The notes under the pieces: generated by a model
Database searches by the model: none
Told to the model about the DNA's origin: nothing
What the model saw: the letters and a program-made list of their open reading frames with translations, nothing else
Position numbers and translations under genes: made by a program
NCBI GenBank assembly: GCA_965206595.1
Contig: OZ242214.1
Location: forward strand, 1,088,001-1,152,000
Direction of reading: 5' to 3'
DNA: 64,000 nucleotides
Origin: Candidatus Latescibacterota bacterium
GTDB taxonomy: Bacteria; Latescibacterota; UBA2968; UBA8231
Part shown: positions 48,540 through 61,811 of the stretch, one piece after another
Position numbering within the stretch: the stretch's first letter is position 1
Layout: every line of letters begins with the position of its first letter

Positions 48540-49240
48540 TCCCTCTCTCCGGATATTCGGGTGATCCACCCTGACGTCGCGTCGCAGTAGAGCAAGTCGT
48601 CGCCGCAGATGGAGAGTCCGTGGGGCTCGGGTGCGGACCCGGGCACGACTATGCGCTCGAGTTCGGTCCCGTCTTCAGGGTCGAGCTTGAGGATGACGCG
48701 GTCGCTGGTGAACACCACCCAGGCGCCGCCGGCCGTGCGCACGACGCCGTGGGCGCGCCCGTAGGGAAGGGGGATGGCGTGCACCACCTCCCATCCGTCG
48801 ATGGCGACCTTGCTGAGCGTCTGGTCGGCGAGGGTGGTCACCCAGAGGTAGCCGCTGTCGATGTGGTCGTACTCGATGCCGTGGACGCCGGTCTCTCCTG
48901 GAACGCGGAAGCGGTCCAGGGTCTTTCCGGTACGGGGGTCGACCCTGAGGATCTCGCCTCTCTCGGCGTCGGTTGCCCGCACCGGCCGCCACATGCTGCC
49001 GTCGCCGTTGGCCGCCAGCCACAGGGCGCCGTCGCCGTACGCCAGGCCGCTGGTGTTCGAGCTCTCGCTCGGTACCTCCCGCAGCCACCGGGTGACCCCG
49101 TAGATCGAGGGCTCGGCCATCTCGACGAGGGCGACGCGGTCGGTGATCTGATCGGCGATCCACAGTCCTTCGGCGGTGACCTGAAGCCCGTTGGGAACGC
49201 CGCAGAGGGCGCGAAACAGCCTTTCGATCCGGTACGCCAT
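48536..49240 (-). CDS. Beta-propeller protein (Vgb/NHL/SMP-30-like)
   Basis: Repeats PNGL..LWI, SGLAY..LWL, HGIE..LWV, HGVV..AWV, PHGL; own ATG at 49240. Confidence 0.75.
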   Translation of the reverse strand: MAYRIERLFRALCGVPNGLQVTAEGLWIADQITDRVALVEMAEPSIYGVTRWLREVPSESSNTSGLAYGDGALWLAANGDGSMWRPVRATDAERGEILRVDPRTGKTLDRFRVPGETGVHGIEYDHIDSGYLWVTTLADQTLSKVAIDGWEVVHAIPLPYGRAHGVVRTAGGAWVVFTSDRVILKLDPEDGTELERIVVPGSAPEPHGLSICGDDLLYCDATSGWITRISGERE

Positions 49241-49247
49241 CGGGCAG

Positions 49248-50239
49248 CTACGAGCGCGCGACCGCGGCCGGCCGGCCGCGGTCGCGCCGATTCCCAGGCC
49301 GCCTCGGTCAGCTCGATCACCCGCAGGCCGCATTGCGGCGGCACCTGGACCTCGTCGCGGCCGAGGATGGCGTCGACGAAGTTGCGGGTCCGGGGTGCTG
49401 CCCCCGGGCAGGTTGGCCGGCTCGCACGGCTCGGCGCCGGCTTCCCTCCAGGTGATGCGGCCGTTGCGCATCATCACCGCGGCCCTGGTTCCCCAGATGG
49501 TGATGTCCTCCCAGATCCCGGATGCAGGAGAGTTGCCGACCACGGAGATGTTCCCGAGGGCGCCGTTGGCGAACCTGACATTCATCGCCGAGTTGATGTC
49601 GACCTCGGATTCGAAGTTTTCGATGAAGGCGTGGACCTCGGCGGCTTCGAGACCGGTCATCCACAGCAGGATGTCGAGCAGATGGCTGCCCGAGTCGTTG
49701 AGCTGGCCGCCGCCGCTGAGGGCCATCTGCTGGCGCCAGGTCCCCCGCGATCCCAGGTACCAGCGCTGGTCCTGGAGCGCGGAAACGAACTGGATCTCCC
49801 CGAGCTCTCCGCACAGTACCTGGTTGCGCACGAAGCGGAACTCGGCGGCAAGGTGCCTCTGGTAGGAGACCATCAGCAGCTTTCCGGCCCGCTCGGAGCC
49901 GGCGATGACGTCGCGGGCGTGGTCGACGCGGCAGACCATCGGCTTCTCGGTCAGCACGTGGAGGCCGCGGTCCAGGCTCGCCATGATCTGCTCGTAGTGC
50001 AGGGTATGTGGAGTGGAGATCTGAACGGCGTCGAGGTCGGGGCCGGCGAGAAGCTCGCGGTAGTCGCCGAAAGCCGGCGTCTCCGCCAGCTCGCCGTAGC
50101 GTGCGCGCACGCGGTCGATGGCTTCGCCGCTGACGTCGGCCAGGGCGGCGACTTCGACCTCGGGAAAGCCGAGAACCCTTCCCATGTGGCTGGAGGCGTT
50201 GCCGCCGCAGCCGATGAAGCCCATCCTGATCCGGTTCAT
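49248..50239 (-). pseudogene. Gfo/Idh/MocA oxidoreductase with frameshift(s); real lesion or sequence error
   Basis: GCGG, EKPM, GGGQLNDSGSH; family C-terminus NFVDAILG...GLRVIELTEAAWES lies in another frame after an extra C near 49387. Confidence 0.75.
49256..49287. repeat. Perfect 32-bp palindrome without a loop
   Basis: GCGCGACCGCGGCCGGCCGGCCGCGGTCGCGC equals its own reverse complement. Confidence 0.9.
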
Positions 50240-50350
50240 TTCCAGTTTCCCGCCGCCCAAAAAGGGCCGAATATACCGCCGGCCCCGGACGCCTCAAAAT
50301 AAAGGGTGCCGTGCAAGAGGTGCGGTGTGCGCCCCCCGGCCCCGCCTGAA

Positions 50351-53486
<3,136 letters not shown>

Positions 53487-53490
<4 letters not shown>

Positions 53491-56303
53491 GTCCCGTCTC
53501 CCCGGGTTTCCGCGGAATCGAGATGCGGTCGCAGATAGCGGCCCGTCCAGGAAGCGGTCACCGCGGCCACCTGCTCCGGTGTGCCCGCCGCGACGAGTTC
53601 TCCGCCGCCGGCCCCGGCCTCGGGGCCGATGTCGATCACCCAGTCCGCGGCGGCGATCAGCTCGATGCAGTGCTCGACCACCAGCACGGTGTTGTCGCGG
53701 TCGACGAGCCGCTGCAGCAGCTCGACCAGGAAACCGATGTCGTCGAGGTGCAGGCCGCTTGTCGGTTCGTCGAGGATGTAGAGGGTCCGCTGCCGCTGCG
53801 GCCGGCTCAGCTCCGCGGCCAGCTTGACCCGTTGCGCCTCGCCCCCCGACAGGTCGGAGGCCGACTGCCGCAGAGGCAGGTACCCGAGACCGAGCTCGGC
53901 GAGGAGGCGCAGGCGGCGGGCGAGGCCGGGGATGGCCTCGAACAGGGACAGGGACTCGTCCACGGTCAGGCCGAGGACGTCGGCTATGGAAAGGCCGCGG
54001 TAGCGGACCTGGAGCACTTCGGAATTGTAGCGGCGGCCGCCGCAGCCCGGGCAGGGGTTCCGCAGGCCGCTGAGCAGCAAGCCGGCGCCCGCGGCCAGTC
54101 CGCTTCCCCGGCAGGAGGCGCAGGCCCCCTCGCCGGCGTTGAAGCTGAAGTGGGAGGGGCGGTACCCGCGTACCCGCGCCTCGCGCAGCCCCGCGAACAG
54201 GCCCCTCAGCTCGGTGAGAATGCCGGTGCAGGTCGCCGCGTTCGAGCGCGAGCCGCGCCCCGGGGGCCGCTGGTCCACGGCGATCACCCGCTCGAGGTGC
54301 TCGGTCCCCGAAATGCCGCCGTGGGGGAGGGGCCGCCGCCGGGCATTCTGCAGCTTGCCGGCCAGCGCCGGGTAGAGGGTGTGCTGGACCAGACTGCTTT
54401 TTCCGGAGCCCGACACCCCGGTGACGCAGACGAACAGTCCCAGGGGTATGTCGACGGCGATCTCCTTGAGGTTGTTGCCGGCCGCGGCCTGGATTCGCAG
54501 AACGGAAGCAGCGGCTGCGTCCCGCCGGGGCGGCGCCGAAGGCCAGCGGAACCCGGGGGCGAGGTAGCGGCCGGTAGGGGACCCGGCCGCGGCCAGCTCG
54601 TCAGGCGTTCCGGCGGCAACCACCTCCCCCCCCTGCGAGCCGGCCCCCGGGCCGAGATCGACGGCGTAGTCCGCCTGCCGGATCAGCGCCGGGTCGTGCT
54701 CGACGAAAACCGCGGTGTTTCCCGCGTCGGTCAGCCCGCGCAGGGCCCGCCCCAGGCGCCCGGCGTCGCGGGCGTGGAGGCCGGCGCTCGGCTCGTCGAG
54801 GAGGTAGAGCACCTGGGTAAGTCCCGAGCCGAGACCCCCTGCCAGACGCAGGCGCTGGAACTCGCCGCTCGACAGGGTGTCGGCAGGCCGGTCGAGGGTG
54901 AGGTAACCTAGTCCGAGATCGCCGAGAATCGCTGTCCTGCCGGCAATCTGTTCGAGCAGGGGGGCGGCGACGATGGCGGCGACGCCCTCGAAGGAGGCCG
55001 AACGCGCAAACTCCCCGGCCTCGTCCATGGTCAGCGCCAGGAACGTGGCGATGTCGAGGCCGTCCACCTCGACGGCGAGCGCCTCGGGGTTCAGCCGCCT
55101 GCCGGAGCAGGACCCGCAGACGGTGTCCGCGGTCCGTTCCTCGATCCAGGCCAGCTCCTCTCCCTGCGCTTTCGCCGCCTGACTGTCGAGCCAGGCCCTG
55201 ATTCCCCTGAAGCGGCCGCGGCCGCGCTCTCCGCTCCAGAACCGCTCGAAGGTTTTCGCCGGCCAGGTACCCGCCGGCTGCTCGGGATCGACCTCGCGGC
55301 GCTCGCAGAACCGTATCACCTCGAGGCGCAGACCGTCGTGTCCGAAGTCGTCCCACAAGGGGGAGAGGGTCTCGCTGACCGATTCGGACCCCAGCAGCAG
55401 GTCGGGACCGCCGCCGCCGCGGGCCCCGAGGCCGCGGCATTCCCCGCAGGCTCCTTGGGAGCTGTTGAAGGAGAAGAGGGACGGAGTCATCGCCTTGAAG
55501 GGGCGCCCGCACGCGGAACAGGAGGGGCGGACCGAGAAGCGATCCGGTTCCTTTCCCGGCTCCCACAGGGCTACGCGTCCTTCGCCGGAATCGACCGCGG
55601 CCTCGAGCGAGCCCTGCAGGCGTCCCATGGACTCCGGCTTGACGACCAGCCGGTCGACGACGATGTCGACCGCTTCCCCGGAGGCGATGGCCGCGGCGAG
55701 CTCCTGCGGGTCGATCTCCTCGAGAACGGGGGTCTCCCCGCGCAGCCGCAGCCGCGTGTACCCGGTTTTTTCCACTGCCTGCAGCAGGTCGTCGTCCCCA
55801 TGCCGAAGCCGGAACGGAAGCGGCGCCAGGACGACGAGGCGCGTGCCTTCAGGCAGGGCTGAGGCGGTTTCGAGCAGCTCCTCGAAGCGTTGCGAGTGCA
55901 CCGCGGCGCCGCACCCCATGCAGTGGGGGTTGCCGACCTTGGCGAAGAGCGCGCGGATGTAGTCGTAGAGGCCGGCCGCGGTGGCGGCTGTCGAGCGGGG
56001 GTTGCTTCCCCCGGAGCGCGCCTGATCCGTGGCCAGTGCAGGGGCCAGGCCGTCGATGCGGGAGACCCGGGGCCGGCGCAACCGGGGGGGTGCAGGGCCT
56101 CCGGGCCTCCCGGTCTCGAGCGCGGCGAGGAAGCGCCGGCGCGCCTCGGCATAGAGGGTGTCGAACACCAGCGAGGATTTTCCCGAGCCCGAGACCCCGC
56201 TGACCGCCACGAGCTTCCGGTGCGGCAGGTCGACGTCGACTTCGCGGAGGTTGTTCTCCGCGGCCCCGCGGATGGCGACAACGCCGTTCATTTCAGGCGA
56301 CAT
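53487..56303 (-). CDS. uvrA: Excinuclease ABC subunit A-like protein (divergent)
   Basis: Two GVSGSGKSSL Walker A motifs, LSSGE and LSGGE signatures, DEPS and DEPT, FSFN + zinc-finger cysteines. Confidence 0.85.
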
Positions 56304-56416
56304 GGTGGGTCATGCAGGTTTCGAAAATGCCTTGGGCCGGGGCTGCCATTACCGATCCTTCCGAACATGAGCCTTTGTTCGCGTAGGCCGGGAACGGACG
56401 GTTGGGCGACGGCTAG

Positions 56417-57667
56417 TCACCTCTCGGAGACCCGCCCTGCCGGCGGCTTCCCGATACGGGCGGCCGCCACCTGAAGCGCCCGCAGCGCGTGAAACAGAAG
56501 CGTCGCCGCCATCCAGGCCGACATTGCCGTGAGCGCGGCTCCGGCGGCGTCCGCGGCCACCCCGGCGGTCATCATGAGCAGGAGGATGTTACGGCGGGCG
56601 GCGAAAGGGTGGAACAGGGCGTCGCCGCGGCCGAAGTCGAAGATCTCCCTGCCGGTAAGCCTGCGGAAGCCGCCGCTGACCGCCTTGTCCAGGGCAAAGC
56701 AGGCGAGCAGGACCCAGGTGGCGACCGCGGGACCTGAGGCGCTCAGCAGTCCCCAGTCGCTCACCCCGCCCCCGAAAGCGGCGAGCCAGAGCCCCAGGGC
56801 GGGGACTGCGGAGATGTGCTCGACGGCACCCATGCGGTCGCTGAGGTTCAGGGTCAGGCGCGCCAGCTTGCCGTCGACGCTGTCGGCGATCACGCCGGCC
56901 CAGGCCAGGGCGATTCCGGCTCCCGGCATTCCCAGCGCGAAGCAGGGTAGCGCCAGCCAGATCGCCGCGATCGACAGGGCGGTGACGCTGTTGGGGGCGA
57001 CCGCGGTGGGCGCCAGGCGGCGGGTGACCCAGCGGACCGGGTGGTAGTATCCGTGGCTGGCGACGATGTCGATGACCCCCTTGAAGGTGAGGCGGTACAT
57101 CAGCCGCTCGACCTCGGGCAGCTGCTCCTGGCGCTCGAGCCGAACCATGACCGGGGGCATGGTGAGCCTGAGCTCCGGGACGTAGGAGTCGAGCTCCGCG
57201 GCGCCGGTAGTCCGCGTCCGCTCCAGGACGGCCTTCCACAAGGCAGACTCCGAGACCCCGTTCTCCTCGGGCGGCAGCTGCGCCAGCTCGGCGACGAGCC
57301 CGGAATCCGCCCAGCCGGCACGCAGGCCGCCTCCCGTCACCGAATTCCCCGGACCGGCCGCGAACAGGTGGTCGAGGACGCGGTCGTCGTACACGCCGTC
57401 CCCTTCGAGCAGGAACAAAGGGGATCCGATCCCGGCCACGGCGTCGTCGAAGCCGGCTCCGCAACCCGCCTGGTGAAACTCGACCTCGAGATCGTAGCGG
57501 CTCGCGAAGTCGGCGCGGATCCGCGGGGTGCCGTTCTCCGCAACGGCGACGCTGGCGCAGGCCACCCCTCTGAGGGCGAGCTGGCGAAGCTGTCTCTCGA
57601 CGAGCGACATCCCCCACAGCTGCCAGCAGGAGGCGGGCCGGGTAGCGTCGATCCAGGCCGTGATCAT
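56417..57667 (-). CDS. CDP-alcohol phosphotransferase with a degenerate N-terminal nucleotidyltransferase-like domain
   Basis: APNSVT, DSVDGKLAR motif, multiple TM segments. Confidence 0.82.
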   Translation of the reverse strand: MITAWIDATRPASCWQLWGMSLVERQLRQLALRGVACASVAVAENGTPRIRADFASRYDLEVEFHQAGCGAGFDDAVAGIGSPLFLLEGDGVYDDRVLDHLFAAGPGNSVTGGGLRAGWADSGLVAELAQLPPEENGVSESALWKAVLERTRTTGAAELDSYVPELRLTMPPVMVRLERQEQLPEVERLMYRLTFKGVIDIVASHGYYHPVRWVTRRLAPTAVAPNSVTALSIAAIWLALPCFALGMPGAGIALAWAGVIADSVDGKLARLTLNLSDRMGAVEHISAVPALGLWLAAFGGGVSDWGLLSASGPAVATWVLLACFALDKAVSGGFRRLTGREIFDFGRGDALFHPFAARRNILLLMMTAGVAADAAGAALTAMSAWMAATLLFHALRALQVAAARIGKPPAGRVSER

Positions 57668-57686
57668 CGGGGGCAGGCTGCTTGGA

Positions 57687-58406
57687 TCACAATCTTGGCA
57701 GCACCGAGACGACCGCGGCGTTGTAGTCGTCGACCGAGTCGATCTCCGCCCAGGGCAGGTCTCCTCCCTCCACCGCGAACAGCTCGCCGCGCTCGATCAG
57801 GGGGCCGTACGCCGAGGTCGGGAAGACGTCCTTGCGCCGCCCGGCGACCAGGCGTTCGACCTCGGCGGCCACGGAGCGCGCCCCGGCGGAGTCGAATCTC
57901 GCCAGCTGCACGCTCTGCGCCTGACAGCTCGACGGGTCGAGGCTCTTGCCGATGGCCGCGACCGCGCCCCCCTCCTCAATGCGCACGTTCATCTCCCCGG
58001 CGACGCGTTGCACCCGCGAATCGACGGCGATGGCGTTCGGCCTGTCGCCGCCGAGCATCCGTTCGAGCAGGGCGGAATGAAAGACGATGTCGCAGTTGAA
58101 CAGGAAGGTCTCGCGATCCAGAAAGGCGCGGGCGAGGTAGAGGGAGTAGATGCTGTTGGTCGACTCGTAGTCGGGGTTCTCGACGAAGCGGACCGAAGGC
58201 AGAACCCGGCAATGGCGGCGGACCTGTTCCGCCTCGAAGCCGACGACGAGGACGATCTCCTCGACCCCGGCCGCCCGCAGCGCCGCCAGCTGCAGATCGA
58301 CGAGGCGCCGCTCCCCGAACGGCACCAGGCACTTGGGCAGTCCGTTGGTCATCGGGTTGAGCCGGGTGCCGGCCCCGGCCGCCAGGACGATGGCCCGCCG
58401 GGTCAC
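57687..58406 (-). CDS. Choline/polyol-phosphate cytidylyltransferase family protein (LicC/IPCT-like)
   Basis: IVLAAGAGTRL..PKCL, NSIYSLYLA, WAEIDSVDD; GTG start. Confidence 0.88.
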   Translation of the reverse strand: MTRRAIVLAAGAGTRLNPMTNGLPKCLVPFGERRLVDLQLAALRAAGVEEIVLVVGFEAEQVRRHCRVLPSVRFVENPDYESTNSIYSLYLARAFLDRETFLFNCDIVFHSALLERMLGGDRPNAIAVDSRVQRVAGEMNVRIEEGGAVAAIGKSLDPSSCQAQSVQLARFDSAGARSVAAEVERLVAGRRKDVFPTSAYGPLIERGELFAVEGGDLPWAEIDSVDDYNAAVVSVLPRL

Positions 58407-60064
58407 GGGGAACTCCGGCTGCCCGCCAGCTTCGAGCCGAGGCCGCGGACTGCGCGCTGCAGGAGCAGCCGGTCCTCCGGCTCGATGCCGAGCCTCCACA
58501 GAAGCAGCCCGTAGGCGGCGATGAAGGTAGCGCACGCGAGCGCGACTCCGGGCAGGGACCCGGGGGCCGCGGCCGCGGATGCGAGCCAGGCTGCCCCGGC
58601 CGCCGCCGCCGCCGCCGCGAGCGGCTTCACCTGGCTGCGGTCGAGCGGGCGGATGCGGTGGAGGCGCCAGACCTGCAGCACCCGCAGGGAATTGACGAAG
58701 AACATCGACAGGGTCGCTCCGTAGGCCGCCCCGATCACTCCGAATTCGTTTATGAGCCAGAGATTGAGCGCGAAGTTGACGAGCAGCCAGAGACTGTTGT
58801 TGAAGGTGTTGAGACCGGGGCGGCCGGTCATGGCCAGCAGCGGCTCGATGAGGGCGAAGGTGCCCTGGAGCAGCATCCCCACGGCGAGGACGTAGAGGAT
58901 CTTGAGCCCGACCGCCAGCTGCGACGGCTCGCCCACCCATTTTTCGCCTGCCCAGCCCAGAAGGCTGTCACCAACAATAAACAAGGTGGCGAAGATCGGC
59001 AGGTTGACGGTCAGCAGCCAGCGCGATATGACGACGAAGCGCCGGGCTATCTCCTCCTCCCTGCGCAGGTGGGACAGCTCGCTGATGACGGAGCTGAAAA
59101 CCGGGTCGAAGGCCTGAACCGCCTTGAGCATCGAGCTCGCCACCCGGCGCGCCACCGAGTAGATCCCCACCTCGGTCAGGCTGACGAGCTTGCCGAGCAT
59201 CAGCACGTCCAGCTGCGTCAGGACCGCAACCATCACGTCGGCGAGCATGACCGGGGTCGAGAAGCGGGCCAGTGCGGCGATCGGGGCCGCTCGCAGGCTG
59301 GTCAGGGTGCGCCGCAGCGAGAAATGCCGGCTGAAGTAGCGGGCGGCGAGGAAGCCGCAGGCGGCCGCTGAGCCGAGTTGCACCCAGGCGACGGCGATGG
59401 CGAAACCGGACTGTGCGGCGCGCTGCTGCTCGGGGCTCGTCCACTCCGTGCCCCCGACGCTCAGCGCGATTCCCAGGCTACCGGCCAGCAGCAGCAGGGG
59501 ACCGGCGACCGAGAAGACGTACACGGCGTAGCGCATGATGCGCAGGGCCCGCGTCGCCGAGAGGAATATCCAGGCCGCGGTGACGAAGGGGGCGGACCAG
59601 GCGAGGATGCGCAGCGGTTCCTGCAAGGGCAGCTGGCCGGGCTTGTGGTAGAAGGCGGCGACCTGCCCGGTTGCCAGCAGGAGCCCGGCGACCACCGCGG
59701 CGCTGGCGAGGGCTCCGATCAGCAGCGAAGCGGCGAGGGTGGCATCGACCTCGGCCGGGGGCGGCTGTGTGCCGCGGCGGACCCCCCCGGCGATCAGGAA
59801 GCGCACGACCCCGCGCTGGAGTCCGAAACGCGCCACCCGGTTCACCGTGGCGACGAATCCCCAGGCGACCGAATAGGCCCCGACCACCTCGAGGCCGCAG
59901 AAGAGGGCGACAACGGCGAGAAAGGCCGCCCGCGACAGGCGGCCCGCCTTGCCGACGAAAGTCACCAGGGCGCCGCCGGCGAGGTCCCTGATGTCGCCGA
60001 AGGAAGCGTCGAGTTCGCGGTGCGCCTCCTTCTCAGGTGGCGGTCTGCCGCTCTCTTCAGTCAT
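58403..60064 (-). CDS. Oligosaccharide flippase (Wzx/MOP superfamily)
   Basis: 12 or more TM segments, DVLMLG..VGIYSVA, NLWLI..GVIGAA. Confidence 0.88.
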   Translation of the reverse strand: MTEESGRPPPEKEAHRELDASFGDIRDLAGGALVTFVGKAGRLSRAAFLAVVALFCGLEVVGAYSVAWGFVATVNRVARFGLQRGVVRFLIAGGVRRGTQPPPAEVDATLAASLLIGALASAAVVAGLLLATGQVAAFYHKPGQLPLQEPLRILAWSAPFVTAAWIFLSATRALRIMRYAVYVFSVAGPLLLLAGSLGIALSVGGTEWTSPEQQRAAQSGFAIAVAWVQLGSAAACGFLAARYFSRHFSLRRTLTSLRAAPIAALARFSTPVMLADVMVAVLTQLDVLMLGKLVSLTEVGIYSVARRVASSMLKAVQAFDPVFSSVISELSHLRREEEIARRFVVISRWLLTVNLPIFATLFIVGDSLLGWAGEKWVGEPSQLAVGLKILYVLAVGMLLQGTFALIEPLLAMTGRPGLNTFNNSLWLLVNFALNLWLINEFGVIGAAYGATLSMFFVNSLRVLQVWRLHRIRPLDRSQVKPLAAAAAAAGAAWLASAAAAPGSLPGVALACATFIAAYGLLLWRLGIEPEDRLLLQRAVRGLGSKLAGSRSSP

Positions 60065-61652
60065 GCGATCTCCCCCCGGTGATGCGGGGGCGCAGGCGCT
60101 GGAAGTCGATGAACCGGATGCCGCGGCAGCCGTTCAGGGTGTGGGTGCGGACCGCGCCCGGGATGGCGTCCGCCTCGAAGCGCGTCATCGGCTCCTCGGC
60201 GAAGCGCTCCGGGTTGAGCTCGAGGATGCGTTGGAGGCAGATGGCGCTGCCGTAGCGCGGCGTGCAGTCCTGGGCCGGACGCAGCAGTTCCCCCCCGTTT
60301 CTGATCAGCCGTCCCGCGGGACGCGACGAGCGTACGTCCGACTTGACCGGGTTGCGAGGGTGCTCCCGCCAGGGTCCCAGCGGGCTGTCGGCGTAGTAGA
60401 GGTGCAGCTCGTCGTGGTTGGAGATCCCGCGCTTGCCGACGTTGAGGAACATCCACCAGGTGCCGTCGATTTCCTCGAGAGTGGCGTCGGCCGCGGACAG
60501 GCCGTCGAGAAGCACCCTGTCCAGCTCCCAGTGCAGAGGGAACGACAGGCAGCGGTACAGCTCGACGGATCGGTTGCGGCAACTTTCCGGGATCATGTAG
60601 AGCTGGTCCTGCCAGTGAAACAGGAACGGGTGCGAGAGGTGGTGGCTCATCTCGAGGGCGACTCCCGCCTCGCTGACGGTTTCCCCGTCGAGCTCAAGTA
60701 CGGAGATGCGGCCCTTGCCGCGGCGGTACAGCCACTCCTCGACGAAGACAAAGCAGCGCCCGTCGACCTCGACCGGGAAGGGATCGGCCCAGAAGCGGTC
60801 CCCGGGCGGGATCAGCGGTCGCAGCCGGGCGGGGCGCACGTTGGCCGGCTGCGGGTCGCGCTCGTACGCGAGGCACCACTGGCGCCGGTAGAGCGTTGCC
60901 TCGACGGCGCCGCGCAGGGCCCGCCAGGCCAGCCTGAGGGCGAATACCACGGTTCCCGGTTCCCCGGGCGCCGCGCCGCCGTCGCCGTTCGGCAAAGCCT
61001 CTTGGGGTTCCCGGGTCGATCCACCGACCTCGGCGAGGCATTCGGCGCCCCGGGCGTGGATTTCCTTGAGCTTGCGCGCCGGCAGGTGGGCGGCCTTCCA
61101 GCAGTGGCGCTGGCGGTTCCTCCAGACCGACTTGTCGTTGGTGCGCGACCAGGAGCGGTAGATCGGCTGCTCGCTACCGTCCGGCAGCGCCGCCCAGAGG
61201 GTCGTCGCGGTCGCGGCCTTCCCGGAGACCACCTCGGCCGCCCCGGCGCAGCGGCCGCCGGCGAACCACCAGAGGCCGTAGCGGGGCGGCGCCAGCGGCC
61301 CGCGGAGTTCGGCCAGCTCCCCCAGCAACAGGAGGACATCGAGACCGGCGCAGGAAGGCAGCGGCCCTTCCGGATCGAAGCGCAGCATCCTGCCATGGGC
61401 GGCCGCGGAGAGGTCCGCCGCGGCAAAGGCATTGGGGCGGATGCGCGCGCAAACGCGGTCGAGTGCGGTATACAGGCGCCACAGGAGACCGGCCCGCGGT
61501 CGGAGCCCGGGGTCCGACCGCTCCGCCACACCGACCAGGGCGACCTCGGCGATCCGGGTGGCGGCGATTTCGCGGACCAGGTGCTCGACCCAGGCAAGGT
61601 GGCCGTCCGCCGGCAGCAGGACCCCGACCTTGAGTCTGCTGTCCGCACTCAC
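60057..61652 (-). CDS. Bacterial homolog of the glucosamine inositolphosphorylceramide transferase (GINT1) N-terminal beta-propeller domain
   Basis: FWADPF, HLSHPF, YMIPES, GPWREHPRNPV, RPAG..RPAQDC..YG, HTLN; start uncertain (61652 or 61754). Confidence 0.75.
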   Translation of the reverse strand: MSADSRLKVGVLLPADGHLAWVEHLVREIAATRIAEVALVGVAERSDPGLRPRAGLLWRLYTALDRVCARIRPNAFAAADLSAAAHGRMLRFDPEGPLPSCAGLDVLLLLGELAELRGPLAPPRYGLWWFAGGRCAGAAEVVSGKAATATTLWAALPDGSEQPIYRSWSRTNDKSVWRNRQRHCWKAAHLPARKLKEIHARGAECLAEVGGSTREPQEALPNGDGGAAPGEPGTVVFALRLAWRALRGAVEATLYRRQWCLAYERDPQPANVRPARLRPLIPPGDRFWADPFPVEVDGRCFVFVEEWLYRRGKGRISVLELDGETVSEAGVALEMSHHLSHPFLFHWQDQLYMIPESCRNRSVELYRCLSFPLHWELDRVLLDGLSAADATLEEIDGTWWMFLNVGKRGISNHDELHLYYADSPLGPWREHPRNPVKSDVRSSRPAGRLIRNGGELLRPAQDCTPRYGSAICLQRILELNPERFAEEPMTRFEADAIPGAVRTHTLNGCRGIRFIDFQRLRPRITGGRSHD

Positions 61653-61811
61653 GGGCAATCCGACCTCCCCGAACTGCTCCGGGTTGTCTCCAGGGCCTCC
61701 GTCATTCCGGTACCGCCATGGGGCGAAAGGGGCTTCGAAGTGCCCGGACACCATTTTGAGAAACAGCTGTCGCGGTGGCCTCCCGCGGGTGGGATGCTCC
61801 GGGATTGCAAG

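Noticed and set aside
48536-50260. 574-aa oxidoreductase-propeller fusion protein
   Set aside because: It is better explained by a frameshift; the family C-terminus is in another frame and the downstream gene has its own ATG
58597-58620. GCC trinucleotide run
   Set aside because: It encodes a poly-Ala stretch in a flippase TM helix; it is in frame and not a phase-variation tract
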